NCBI GenBank assembly: GCA_032718475.1
Contig: JAUCBJ010001900.1
Coordinates: 1-55,758 of the forward strand
From: Nemertoderma westbladi
Lineage: Eukaryota > Animalia > Xenacoelomorpha
Direction: 5' to 3'
DNA: 55,758 nt
The position numbers were made by a program, and so were the translations under genes. This document shows positions 22,890 to 35,152 of this stretch, piece after piece. The notes beneath the pieces are model-generated. The model did no database searches. It saw nothing but the letters and a program-made list of their open reading frames with translations, and was not told the DNA's origin. How positions within the stretch are numbered: the stretch's first letter is position 1; every line of letters starts with the position of its first letter.

Positions 22890-23468
22890 ATAATAAATAT
22901 TACGCTACGCGTACAGACTATTCAAACAAAATGCAGACCAAATACTGACAGACTACTATCAAGCCTAAACAAACTACGGTATATGCAGACTCCGAAATGA
23001 TTAGTTAGTATGCATTCTAACCTAGTAGTACGACTTATTCTTTCACAGGGGGTTTACCTCACAGCACTTGAAGCCCCTACGTTCCCAACTAGCACTTTAT
23101 CGGACAGATGCTCTACACACACCGAAATTTCCTCAAACCCAACAACAGCCAGACAACTATCCAGCCTACAAATTATCTAAATAAAATTATACGCTACCCG
23201 TACAGACTATACAAACAAAGTACAGACCAAACGATGGCAGACTACTATCAAGCCCAAATACACTACAGTATATGCAGACTCCGAAATGATTAGTTAGTAT
23301 GCGTTCTAACCCAGTAGTACGACTTATTCTTTCACAGGGGGTTTACCTCACAGCACTTGAAGCCCCTACTTTCCTAACTAGCACTTTATCGGACAGATGC
23401 TCTACACACACTGCAATCCGTTCAGACTTAACAACAGTTAGACAACAGTCAAGCCTACAAATTATCTG
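22890..23468. repeat. Two-copy 289-bp tandem duplication in the element's 5' leader
   Basis: ACGCTAC...CAGACTA blocks start at 22902 and 23191. Confidence 0.85.
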
Positions 23469-23736
23469 TACAATCTGAGCAGGCTTACACGCCTTCTGCT
23501 CAATACTGGCCTACAAATAAATAAAACTGACAGAAATAAGTAAGCTCCAAAAGAAACAAGGGGTGTACAGTCCCTAATCTCTTAAACAGCCTACCGGTAT
23601 ACAATTTCACAATCGAATAATACTGCTGTACCTGTACTGCTGTAGGTACCGGTCCGGATGATCAGGCAGTCAGGCCTACTGGTTACCGGTCGACCGGTAC
23701 TTTCGACTAGATTGCTTACACCGCAATCTAGAAGCA

Positions 23737-23747
23737 ATATCTGTTAT
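23737..23747 (-). promoter_or_regulatory. PBS position (ATAACAGATAT); non-tRNA type, complementary to LTR 24462-24472
   Basis: Directly follows the 5' LTR. No TGG within the next >100 nt. Exact 11-nt reverse complement lies inside the LTR. Confidence 0.55.
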
Positions 23748-24905
23748 TGTTTGCGCTTTTAAGACCTTTGACAGTTTAACCTGCCAAATTAGGATGTCTT
23801 TTAGATGATAGATAGTCTTTAGCTTATGACGAATATTTGATACACTACATTAGCCGAAGCCAGTCTATGCGCAATCATTCACCCGCTGGATATACCCGGG
23901 AGACTGAATTCGGAAGCTTAATGATTGATGGTGTAAGCCTACTGTATTATTCGACTGATCGTAATATATAATCTCTGACAAATATTATTCACTTTCGGGA
24001 AATATTAACAGTTCCTTTAGGACGTGGCGCTCTAAATATGTAAACAGAGTTATGACTTAAACTAGACACAACGAAATGGCTATAGATTAACGTATATGGC
24101 GCATTCTTTAGGAGATGCTTTGTTATCAGTTACAATCATACACAATGCTGCACAATACTGCACACTAATCTGCCGACCTTCACTAAATTTAGTCACGTAT
24201 AAAGAGAGCAACATACAATTTATGTAGGGCCTATGAAATAGCATTAGATTCACTTCAAACCACTTGACATAGGTCGCAATCATTTATATGTAACCGGTCT
24301 CTCTAACCTTTAGTATATCAAGAAGATTGGGGTGTCTGACTATTGATCAGTATTCCGATATAATATTTCATCAACAAATATAATGAATAACCGACAGTAA
24401 AAGCAGTAATATTAGTAAGATTTGTATAATATAGTATGGATTGGTTTGATATGTTAACTCGATAACAGATATACGTTCTATAATTAAGCCTACTAATGTT
24501 AAGCTAAAGACTGAAACACGGAGGTGCCAAAAGCCGGTGTTCTTAGGCTCTGGGCAAAAACATAACACTGAATTCCTGAGTTTCTGTATCCAACCTCCAA
24601 CACAGAGACAAAAAACGCTCTGATTGGTCGACCGTACAAAGAGAGAACAAAGAACAAAGAAATGTTCGACGTGGCAATATCAGCTGTTAGCCGTCGTCAT
24701 GGTAGCGACACTGTTTTCATGAGTATCCAGCTTATTGCGTCACGAAATTGCGGATTATGTCCTCTAAAGTACACATACAGAAGAAATGACTTTTATGTCC
24801 TCTAAAACACCAATACAGTAAGGACACGGCCCTTTTATGCCTGGTAAACCAACTACAGAGTACTTTACGGGAAAATAACCGGTTAATTACGCAAAAGCTT
24901 TTACA
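23748..24905 (-). repeat. 5' LTR (1158 bp)
   Basis: Sense strand begins TGTAAAAGC and ends GCAAACA. CCAAT-like box at ~24621-24627. Confidence 0.97.
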
Positions 24906-26671
24906 ACTATGTATTTCTCAACTGTGTTTGCCTGAATGTACGTGGTGATTAGCGTAATGGGTCTTGCCGGCCAATTACCATCTACATTCTTCACAATCAG
25001 TGAGACAGGGGGGGGGGGGGGGAACTCGACGTAAAACCCGCCTTGGCGAATTAATATCCCGCCTCAATGTTAAATTCTCAATTTAGGGACAGGTTTAGGA
25101 GCAGGTTACAGTGGCAGGGTATTTTAACCAAAACAATAAACTAAATACAATAGAACAGGTTACAGTTTTATTTTTGAGAGTAATCAGCTGTTATTTGTGT
25201 CGAATTTCCCCTGAAGAGGGATGAATTTTTATTGCGTCCAGTTTCCCCCCCTATCTGCAATCAGTAGGCCACTGGCCACAAATGCATGCAACTCAACCCA
25301 ACTTAATTTGGCGCATATTATATTATATTAAATTCGAATTGAACTTGCATGCACATTAATACTGTAATATCTTGTATTGCGTAGTATTGTAGTAAATTGT
25401 TGTAAATAAATAAAAATAAAAAGTAAAAAGTTTTATTTTGGCCTATAGGAAAAGTAGCGTAGGTAGATAATGGATTATAATGTCTTATAGATAGGCCTAA
25501 ATATTGTGTCGGATTCGGGTTGGCTGCCAGCTACTTGTGATCGAATTACGACTGTACGATTCCACTCTTGAGGACGTGATTGACGTGTGTACCCTGAAAA
25601 GGTTTCCGTCTGCGGATTTCGACGACGAAGACGGTGATGAAAGTAGTTCGCGGAGTTGCTTCCCGTTCCGTCCCCATCCTCGATCAGTGTTTCTCGACAC
25701 ACTGATGTCCGTCATCCCCTCTCCATACGCCTGCCTCGTCACACCCTCTGTTGTAGATGCGGGGTTGTGGTATAACAACTGAACAATGGACATGGTTACG
25801 TATTCGCATGGTCCGAAATTGAAGAGATAGTTAAAGGTTTCTGCAAGTTTCAATTCTTAATGCTCCGAAGAATGGGTTTAATTATCTGTTTATTCCGGGT
25901 GGATCGTCCGGAGAAACTGGCGACTTATCTCTTACCCATTATGATCCCTTATTTGTTCCGGGGATGATGCCTACAAATCTTCAACGACAACGACTATTTT
26001 CCATTATCGACCCACCCCCTAACAGGGTCAGTTCGCTAACCGGCTATACAGTAGGCTCCGCCAACTTTGTGTTTGTGGTTCGCGTTCGCCCTGCAAGTCC
26101 CACAGTCAGACAGTACATCCAGTATTAGGTGTGTACTTTTACTTTGTATTGCTGTATTGCGGTAGTGGCAGTAAGGTAAGCCCACTTCATCTATACTTCA
26201 AGTCAAAGTCCACAGATCGTATCAGCATAAATTTTACCCTGTTAGTGTTATTATAGGAACTGGAACATTCTGATTAGGCCTAATACCTACTTTAGGCCTA
26301 ACTAGCAATATACTGATATAGTCTTAAGCTACAGTACCTGTGTCATTTTAATAATTAATAATATAAATCCATAACATTTTATTGTATTTTTTCAATTTTT
26401 TTAGTAGCCTAATAATTAATTGTTCTTTTTTTATTCCTATGCATATCACCTTAATTTTGTTTTCTTTGTTCTTTTTATTCAATTGCAGTTTGTTTATTAT
26501 ACGTTTTTATATTGATCCTCGATCTTCAAGTGTAAGTATCCACTCAGGATCTACAAGTATACACCAGCAACCATTGCCTGGGTTATCTTCTCCCTCCTTA
26601 TCCAATTATTGCCAGTTTCTATTTTTATGTATTTCAAATTCAATTAATTTTTGGGCTTGTCGTGCAGTAAT

Positions 26672-27011
26672 TCTACTAGGTCTATATTATAATATAATGT
26701 TGAGATCGATTAATTTCTTTTTTTTTTGCTAACAGGTCTCCCCTACCCCCCCCCCCCCCCCCCCCCTCCCCTCCCCCTCCACCCACCCCTCATTACTTCT
26801 TTACATATATTCAGCATCATGCATTTTCTCACTTTCTGGGTGGTAGCGCTTACTAGCAATGCATATTACAGTATTAGCTGCCATCCAGGCCATCATAGAC
26901 ATCTCATACTCTCACCCTCTCACTCCATGATTTCGGTAAAATCTTTGGTGTTGGGCTGCTTTGCAACACTTATGTATATTCTGTTTATATGGCAAATAAA
27001 TTTCAAGTTCA
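26672..27011 (+). mobile_element. Short retroposed insert (LINE 3' UTR-like) upstream of EXD2 copy B
   Basis: Absent at the homologous site ~46610. TSD AGTAAT. Ends with AATAAA followed by a (TTCAAG)2 tail. Confidence 0.6.
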
Positions 27012-27189
27012 AGTAATACGGTATGGAGTGTCTATTATATATTACATATTACAATTACAATTATTACAACTTATTTGTAATTTGTAGGCCTATTGTGCAA
27101 TGGAGGCTATCTCCATTCTGTCTGCAGTGTAACTTGGCGTTGGCGTCACCTTCGATCTTGCAATCTACATGTAAAATAAATTGATAATA

Positions 27190-28987
27190 ATGCCAAGCCT
27201 TGTAAATACAAGTGTAGCGGTAACCATAGGGTGTGTGGCTGGGGCCGTAACCTTGATAGTTTACTATCGACATTCCCTCTTACAAGTTGTACAGATCGGT
27301 GTTGGGAAAGGATAAAGTACTTCGTAGTCCGATAACTCGCTACACTCATCTCCAACCCGTTGAGATACAAACATACATCGCTAGAGATTGTGTCACCTTA
27401 CAGCGATTGGGGGAACAATTACAAAATGATTTAACAAATAGAAACAGCGATACCGATACCGGTACCGGTACTTACCCAGTTGTAAGTCTAGATTGCGAAT
27501 GGGTTGGAAATAACAAAGTTGCTCTTCTTCAATTATGTACGTCGTCTGGTGGCTGTTATTTATTCCGATTGTCCGAGTTGGATGGCTTGTCCGACTTCGC
27601 AGAATCAACCTGCCATTTATCGCAAGTTCTAGCCAATCCCGAGATATTAAAGGTGGGCGTTGGTATTGACGACGATGTTATTCGTCTCCGTAACGATTAC
27701 GGTTTAATCTGCCGCGGTTGGTTTGACCTCCGCTTGGCGGCGTTGACGATGGCCAACGAAGGTCTACTGAACCTTTTAAGCAGAGAAACCCGACTTGGTT
27801 TGAAAGGGTTGACGGAGTTCTTCTGTGATTATACGATGCCAAAGTCGAAACGAATTGCAACAAGTGATTGGGAAGCTGTTGAACTGACTGACGTGCAAGT
27901 TGAATACGCTTCTCAGGACGCCGTAGCTGGAATAAACATACTAATGGCGGTACTTATACATCGGTTTAACGGCAGTATTCCGTTGGATTGGCAGGAAATA
28001 TTCGAATTAGTAACTCCAATATGCGAACTTATTAATCCCGGAAAATTTATTCGTCAATTAGTTAAAAAGGGGGATAATTCGAAGGGTAGTAATAGCGGTC
28101 GCAAACTAAAGTCGGACATTAAGGTGTCGGATAATAGACACAAGGCTAGGCGGGGTTACAGCACCCGGAAGTCGGAACTTTATCGGAACACCGAGATCCG
28201 AGCCCCGGACGGGACGCTATTGTGCGTGTCGGACCGGCGGAAACTGGATTGGTACGTTAAGTACGGGCTGGGACGGGTCACCAACACCGAGCCGCTCACC
28301 GTTACGCTCAACTTCGAGCCCTCGGGTCGCCCCAACGACGAGTCCCAGCGGTATTACCTAACGGCCAAGGAGAACGAATGTTCCGTGTGCGGGGAACGGG
28401 AATCCTACGTGAGGAAGTACATAGTCCCGCGGGAGTACCGGCGTCACTTCCCGCACAGTATGAAGGACAACCTATCGCACGATGTTCTGCTCGTCTGCGT
28501 CGATTGTCATTGCGTTAGTAACTCGCACGATATGCGACTCAGGAAGAAACTCGAGTTGTTGTGCTCGGCTCCGATAAACCGAACTAACGGCGGCGACGAC
28601 CGTCGCAATGCAGCTGCCGCTAGAAGCGCAGCTAACGCGTTACTCAACGATAAAGTGAAACACAACCTTCCCGCCACCCGGGTAATTCATCTGGAAGGAA
28701 AACTAAAGAGTTACTTCGGTACCGAATGTATTTCGGACGATATTCTGTCCGAAGCGTCCGGACTGGGGTTGGATCAGCCTAGTAAATCTTCGGAATTTAG
28801 TCACGGACAGCGGGTTGTCAACTATTATATGAAGAGTGGATCGGACTCGGGGGGTTTATTGGGTCTAATTGACTTGGAGTTGTTGTGGAGGAATAACTTT
28901 CTGGAAACTATGAAGCCGCGGTTTCTACCCCCATTGTGGTCGGTCACTCACAACCACGAGCGACTAATAGCCAAGACGGTTGGTTGA
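27190..28987 (+). pseudogene. EXD2: EXD2 copy B, frameshifted by an 11-bp deletion after the N-terminal membrane anchor
   Basis: The frame from ATG 27190 stops after 41 codons. The downstream frame (27287-28987) is otherwise intact and near-identical to 46787-48589. Confidence 0.82.
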
Positions 28988-30095
28988 ATTATCTTCCTTA
29001 AACGATTAATTGATTAACATGTGAACAACTATTAATTATTGGCACACTTTTAAACAACTGTTTAATGCAAATTGCCTTAGATATTTATATTTTATTTCAA
29101 TTTCAGAAAATAAAGTTAAATAGGTAATAAAGATATAATAACTAATAACTCATTTTACTTTTAATCATGACTATATCATTCAAGTCTTATAATATGGGAC
29201 TTTATAAGATTGTGGTTTTAAACACTAATCAATAGATACGATAGTAATAGTATAAAGTTATAGATTATAACTTAGGGTCTTCTTTTAATTTATTATTTGG
29301 TATTACTATTTATATTTAAAGAAGCGTTTTAAGACCCCAGGCCTAGACCATACTTAGTTCGACCTTACTTTTCAGCACCCATTTGAAAAAACAAGCAGGT
29401 TAAGTATTTTTAAATTCTTCCCTATACCTTACGCTAATCAATGAATATTATTATTATTATTATTATTTGTTTAATTCAACCATAAAGGTCATATCTAAAA
29501 TACAGACACAAGTTAAAGTTTAAAATAATTTAAAATTATAGGCATATACAGTAGGACGTAGGTAATTAAGGAACATCTTAAAATTGTAACTAAAAATACA
29601 CAATATTTACCTAAAATTTTCACTATTTAATATATTGTAAACTAAACATACTAATTAACGTAATTTAATATCAAACACAGCATATCGTCGTTTAAGTACC
29701 TAAATGCCCTAACTCTATGTTTGATGCAAATACTATTCAATATAATTTAAATACAATATAAAATAAGTCAACTCAAATAGTCCCAACCAATTTTTTTCAT
29801 TTTACAGGAAAATCAAAAACTTGTTTATTTTCGATGTAATGAGACATATTTCCCATTGACATTTTTTAATGATCACATTTTGCTTTAGAAATACAATGAT
29901 AGATAATATAAAATAAGTATATAGTTCTTATTAATTCCGTAAATTAGTATCGGAGATGAGGCATTTTTTATACATCAATTTTTGTTTGTATTTAGTGCTT
30001 AGCTTCTTATTTGTAGCTTATTGGAATTGGGGCTTTTTATTTAAGTACGAAATACAGAAAAACATTATTATGGTAAAGGTAAGAATTTTATACAA

Positions 30096-30746
30096 TCAAT
30101 TTAGGGCCTTGTCAGGTGGCTCCATTAAGGACGCTATCGGGTTGATCAGCGTCCGCAGGAACCGCGGCGTGTCCGGGACGAACTTGGCGAGCCCCTCGCA
30201 GCAGAGGAGATCGTTGATATGAACGTCGTCCTCGGCGGAGACGTCGGTGACCCCGAGGGAGACGACCCCGTTGTCGGTGCTCGTCACGTAGCCCATCAAC
30301 GGCTTGTTGGTGACGATCCGGAAGACGCGATTGTTCGTCTCCATCGGCCACTTCCCGTTGAGGCTTGACGCGGGGATCGCAAGGTTGGTGAGTCGGGATG
30401 GGAGCGACTGGATGGCTAGATGGGTGAACTCGTGTTTGAGAATCCGGAGGGTTCGCTTCGGGACGGTGGAGGTGTTACCGTAGTCGACGTAGCGCACCTC
30501 GACAAAGTCGTTGGTCGGCGAGGCCCCCAGGATGACGGCGCGATGCCAGTTCTGGTCCTCCGGGAAGAGGGCCGCGCAGATCTGTCCCTCCCGCACCATG
30601 TAGTCCGGGATGGCGTAGGAGTGGCTGCAGGGGCCGCAGTAGATGTCGTCCAGTCGGTCCATCAGCTGGGCCAGTCGCTCCGAGGTTTCCGCTCCCCGCA
30701 ACTGGATGTACATATCCGCCGGAGTAAAGAAAACCGAAATGTAAAC
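30096..30746 (-). CDS. TDRD5: TDRD5-like copy B, exon 3 (extended Tudor domain) with a novel truncated C-terminus
   Basis: Acceptor TTTTCAG|GTT, phase 0. [16 protein letters not shown]...[19 protein letters not shown]...VRYVDYGN. Confidence 0.85.
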   Translation of the reverse strand, partial: VYISVFFTPADMYIQLRGAETSERLAQLMDRLDDIYCGPCSHSYAIPDYMVREGQICAALFPEDQNWHRAVILGASPTNDFVEVRYVDYGNTSTVPKRTLRILKHEFTHLAIQSLPSRLTNLAIPASSLNGKWPMETNNRVFRIVTNKPLMGYVTSTDNGVVSLGVTDVSAEDDVHINDLLCCEGLAKFVPDTPRFLRTLINPIASLMEPPDKALN

Positions 30747-30820
30747 CTGAAAACAATCGAGATATATTACTATATATTACGAGATATATTATATCATAGA
30801 ATGTGTTCTAAAATGTTTTC

Positions 30821-33800
30821 CTACCTCTCCGTATTTCTCTACTTCTCCGTATTTCCCTACCACACCGTATTTCCCCACCTCTCCGTATTTCCCTACCTCT
30901 CCGTATTTCCCTACCTCTCCGTATTTCCCTACCTCTCCGTATTTCCCTACCTCTCCGTATTTCCCTACCACACCGTATTTCCCTACCTCTCCGTATTTCC
31001 CATATCTCTCCGTATTTCCCTACCACACCGTATTTCCCTACCACACCGTATTTCCCTACCTCTCCGTATTTCCCTACCTCTCCATATTTCCCTACCTCTC
31101 CGTATTTCCCTACCTCTCCGTATTTCCCTACCACACCGTATTTCCCTACCTCTCCGTATTTCCCATATCTCTCCGTATTTCCCTACCACACCGTATTTCC
31201 CTACCTCTCCGTATTTCCCTACCACACCGTATTTCCCTACCTCTCCGTATTTCCCATATCTCTCCGTATTTCCCTACCACACCGTATTTCCCTACCACAC
31301 CGTATTTCCCTACCTCTCCGTATTTCCCTACCTCTCCGTATTTCCCTACCTCTCCGTATTTCCCTACCTCTCCGTATTTCCCTACCACACCGTATTTCCC
31401 TACCACACCATATTTCCCTATCTCTCCGTATTTCCCTACCACACCGTATTTCCCTACCACACCGTATTTCCCTACCTCTCCGTATTTCCCTACCTCTCCG
31501 TATTTCCCTACCTCTCCGTATTTCCCTACCTCTCCGTATTTCCCTATCTCTCCGTATTTCCCTACCACACCGTATTTCCCTACCTCTCCGTATTGCCATA
31601 TCTCTCCGTATTTCCCTACCTCTCCGTATTTCCCTACCACACCGTATTTCCCTATCTCTCCGTATTTCCCTACCTCTCCGTATTTCCCTATCTCTCCGTA
31701 TTTCCCTACCACACCGTATTTCCCTATCTCTCCGTATTTCCCTACCTCTCCGTATTTCCCTACCACACCGTATTTCCCTACCTCTCCGTATTGCCATATC
31801 TCTCCGTATTTCCCTACCTCTCCGTATTTCCCTACCTCTCCGTATTTCCATATCTCTCCGTATTTCCCTACCTCTCCGTATTTCCCTACCTCTCCGTATT
31901 TCCCTACCTCTCCGTATTTCCCTACCACACCGTATTTCCCTACCTCTCCGTATTGCCATATCTCTCCGTATTTCCCTACCTCTCCGTATTTCCATATCTC
32001 TCCGTATTTCCCTACCTCTCCGTATTTCCCTACCTCTCCGTATTTCCCTACCTCTCCGTATTTCCCTACCTCTCCGTATTTCCCTACCTCTCCGTATTTC
32101 CCTACTTCTCCGTATTTCCCTACCACACCGTATTTCCCTACCTCTCCGTATTTCCCTATCTCTCCGTATTTCCCTACCACACCGTATTTCCCTACCACAC
32201 CGTATTTCCCTACCTCTCCGTATTTCCCTACCTCTCCGTATTTCCCTACCTCTCCGTATTTCCCTACCTCTCCGTATTTCCCTATCTCTCCGTATTTCCC
32301 TACCACACCGTATTTCCCTACCTCTCCGTATTGCCATATCTCTCCGTATTTCCCTACCTCTCCGTATTTCCCTACCACACCGTATTTCCCTATCTCTCCG
32401 TATTTCCCTACCTCTCCGTATTTCCCTATCTCTCCGTATTTCCCTACCACACCGTATTTCCCTATCTCTCCGTATTTCCCTACCTCTCCGTATTTCCCTA
32501 CCACACCGTATTTCCCTACCTCTCCGTATTTCCCTACCACACCGTATTTCCCTACCTCTCCGTATTGCCATATCTCTCCGTATTTCCCTACCTCTCCGTA
32601 TTTCCCTACCTCTCCGTATTTCCATATCTCTCCGTATTTCCCTACCTCTCCGTATTTCCCCATCTCCCCGTATTTCCCTGCCACACCGTATTTCCCTACC
32701 ACACCGTATTTCCCTACCTCTCCGTATTTCCCTCCCACACCGTATTTCCCTACCTCTCCGTATTTCCCTACCTCATTTCCCTACCTCCCCGTATTTCCCT
32801 ACCTCTCCGTATTTCCCTACCTCTCCGTATTTCCCTACCTCTCCGTATTTCCCTACCTCTCCGTATTTCCCTACCTCTCCGTATTTCCCTACCTCTCCGT
32901 ATTTCCCTACCTCTCCGTATTTCCATATCTCTCCGTATTTCCCTACCACACCGTATTTCCCTACCTCTCCGTATTTCCCTCCCACACCGTATTTCCCTAC
33001 CTCTCCGTATTTCCCTACCTCATTTCCCTATCTCTCCGTATTTCCCTACCTCTCCGTATTTCCCTACCTCTCCGTATTTCCCTACCTCTCCGTATTTCCA
33101 TATCTCTCCGTATTTCCCTACCACACCGTATTTCCCTACCTCTCCGTATTTCCCTCCCACACCGTATTTCCCTACCTCTCCGTATTTCCCTACCTCATTT
33201 CCCTATCTCTCCGTATTTCCCTACCTCTCCGTATTTCCCTACCTCTCCGTATTTCCCTACCTCTCCGTATTTCCCTACCTCTCCGTATTTCCCTACCTCT
33301 CCGTATTTCCATATCTCTCCGTATTTCCCTACCACACCGTATTTCCCTACCTCTCCGTATTTCCCTCCCACACCGTATTTCCCTACCTCTCCGTATTTCC
33401 CTATCTCTCCGTATTTCCCTACCTCTCCGTATTTCCCTACCTCTCCGTATTTCCCTACCTCTCCGTATTTCCCTACCTCGCCGTATTTCCCTACCTCTCC
33501 GTATTTCCCTACCACACCGTATTTCCCTACATCTCCGTATTTCCCTACCTCTCCGTATCTCCCTACCTCTCCGTATTTCCCTACCACACCGTATTTCCCT
33601 ACCTCTCCGTATTTCCCTACCACACCGTATTTCCCTACCACACCGTATTTCCCTACCTCTCCGTATTTCCCTATCTCTCCGTATTTCCCTACCTCTCCGT
33701 ATTTCCCTATCTCTCCGTATCTCCCTACCTCTCCGTATTTCCCTACCTCTCCGTATTTCCCTACCTCTCCGTATTTCCCTACCTCTCCGTATTTCCCTAC

Positions 33801-34873
33801 CTCTCCGTATTTCCCTACCTCTCCGTATTTCCCTACCTCCCCGTATTTCCCTATCTCTCCGTATTTCCCTACCTCTCCGTATTTCCCTACCACACCGTGT
33901 TTCCCTACCTCTCCGTATTTCCCTACTTCTCCGTATTTCCCTATCTCTCCGTATTTCCCTACCTCTCCGTATTTCCCTACCTATCCGTATTTCCCTACCA
34001 CACCGTATTTCCCTCCGTATTTTCCTACTTCTCCGTATCTCCCTACCTCTCCGTATTTCCCTACCTCTCCGTATTTCCCTACCACACCGTATTTCCCTAC
34101 CACACCGTATTTCCCTATCTCTCCGTATCTCCCTACCTCTCCGTATTTTTCTACTTCTCCGTATTTCCTTACCTCTCCGTATTTCCCTACCACACCGTAT
34201 TTCCCTACCTCTCCGTATTTCCCTACCACACCGTATTTCCCTACCTCGCCGTATTTCCCTACCACACCGTATTTCCCTACCTCTCCGTATTTCCCTACCA
34301 CACCGTATTTCTCTACTTCTCCGTATTTCCCTACCACACCGTATTTCCCTAGCTCTCCGTATTTCCCTACCACACCGTATTTCCCTACCACACCGTATTT
34401 CCCTATCTCTCCGTATTTCCCTACTTCTCCGTATTTCCCTACCACACCGTATTTCCCTACCACACCGTATTTCCCTATCTCACCACACCGTATTTCCCTA
34501 CCTCTCCGTATTTCCCTACCACACCGTATTTCCATACCACACCATATTTCCCTACCTCTCCGTATTTCCCTACCTCCCCGTATTTCCCTACCTCTCCGTA
34601 TATCCCTACCTCTCCGTATTTCCCTACCTCTCCGTATTTCCCTACCTCTCCGTATTTCCCTACCACACCGTATTTCCCTACTTCTCCGTATTTCCCTACC
34701 TCTCCGTATTTCCCTACCTCTCCTTATTTCCCTACCTCTCCGTATTTCCCTACCACACCGTATTTCCCTACCTCTCCGTATTTCCCTACCACACCGTATT
34801 TCCCTACCTCGCCGTATTTCCCTACCACACCGTATTTCCCTACCAAACCGTATTTCCCTACCTCCACGTATTT
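30821..34873 (-). repeat. 18-bp minisatellite (AAATACGGAGAG|GTAGGG and variants), roughly 220 units, in intron 2 of copy B
   Basis: Directly visible as (CCGTATTTCCCTACCTCT)n on the + strand. Confidence 0.98.
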
Positions 34874-35152
34874 ATCGATGGCCGGCGCATTTGGGTACTG
34901 GTAGTAGGTATTAAAGCCAACTGCGTCCACTGGGACAGTCTCGGGGAGGGTGGCTCCGGCCCCCAGACAGGTGTCGCTCGAGTAGACCACGAGGCCGCCC
35001 CTGTCTGCCTCGAACTCCAACCGGACTCCGGGGATACATAGCAGTAGAGTCTGCACGTCCCGGAATCCCAGCTCCTCCAACGATAAACGTTGGTCAGTGC
35101 ACTCGAAGTAGGTCTCTATGAAGTTGCTCGTTTCTATGCCACCGGGGACCGC
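34862..35152 (-). CDS. TDRD5: TDRD5-like copy B, exon 2 (rest of the fourth LOTUS domain plus linker)
   Basis: Acceptor CTAG|GCG and donor GAG|GTAGGG; 291 nt, phase 0-0. [15 protein letters not shown]...[10 protein letters not shown] continues exon 1 (IQRIIK). Confidence 0.82.

Larger units (their letters stand above)
8771..24905 (-). mobile_element. Full-length BEL/Pao (Belpaoviridae) LTR retrotransposon, 16,135 bp, with an extra ORF3
   Basis: Two ~1.16 kb direct LTRs with TG...CA ends. 5-bp TSD ACTAT (8766-8770 and 24906-24910). Gag-PR-RT-RH-IN order with BEL-type triple zinc knuckle. Confidence 0.97.

Noticed and set aside
24998-25274. Possible small MITE with CAGTG...CACTG ends
   Set aside because: The inverted match is only 5 bp and no TSD was found.
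30420-34352. Long + strand ORFs (also 50634-55635) of PYLSVF / TSPYFP / RISLPL repeats, superficially like the RNA polymerase II CTD
   Set aside because: These are stop-free reading frames of an 18-bp repeat, antisense to a real gene. They drift between frames, have a six-residue rather than heptad period, and have no polymerase domain.
30821-34873. CRISPR array
   Set aside because: Contiguous tandem units without unique spacers, no cas genes, and a eukaryotic context.
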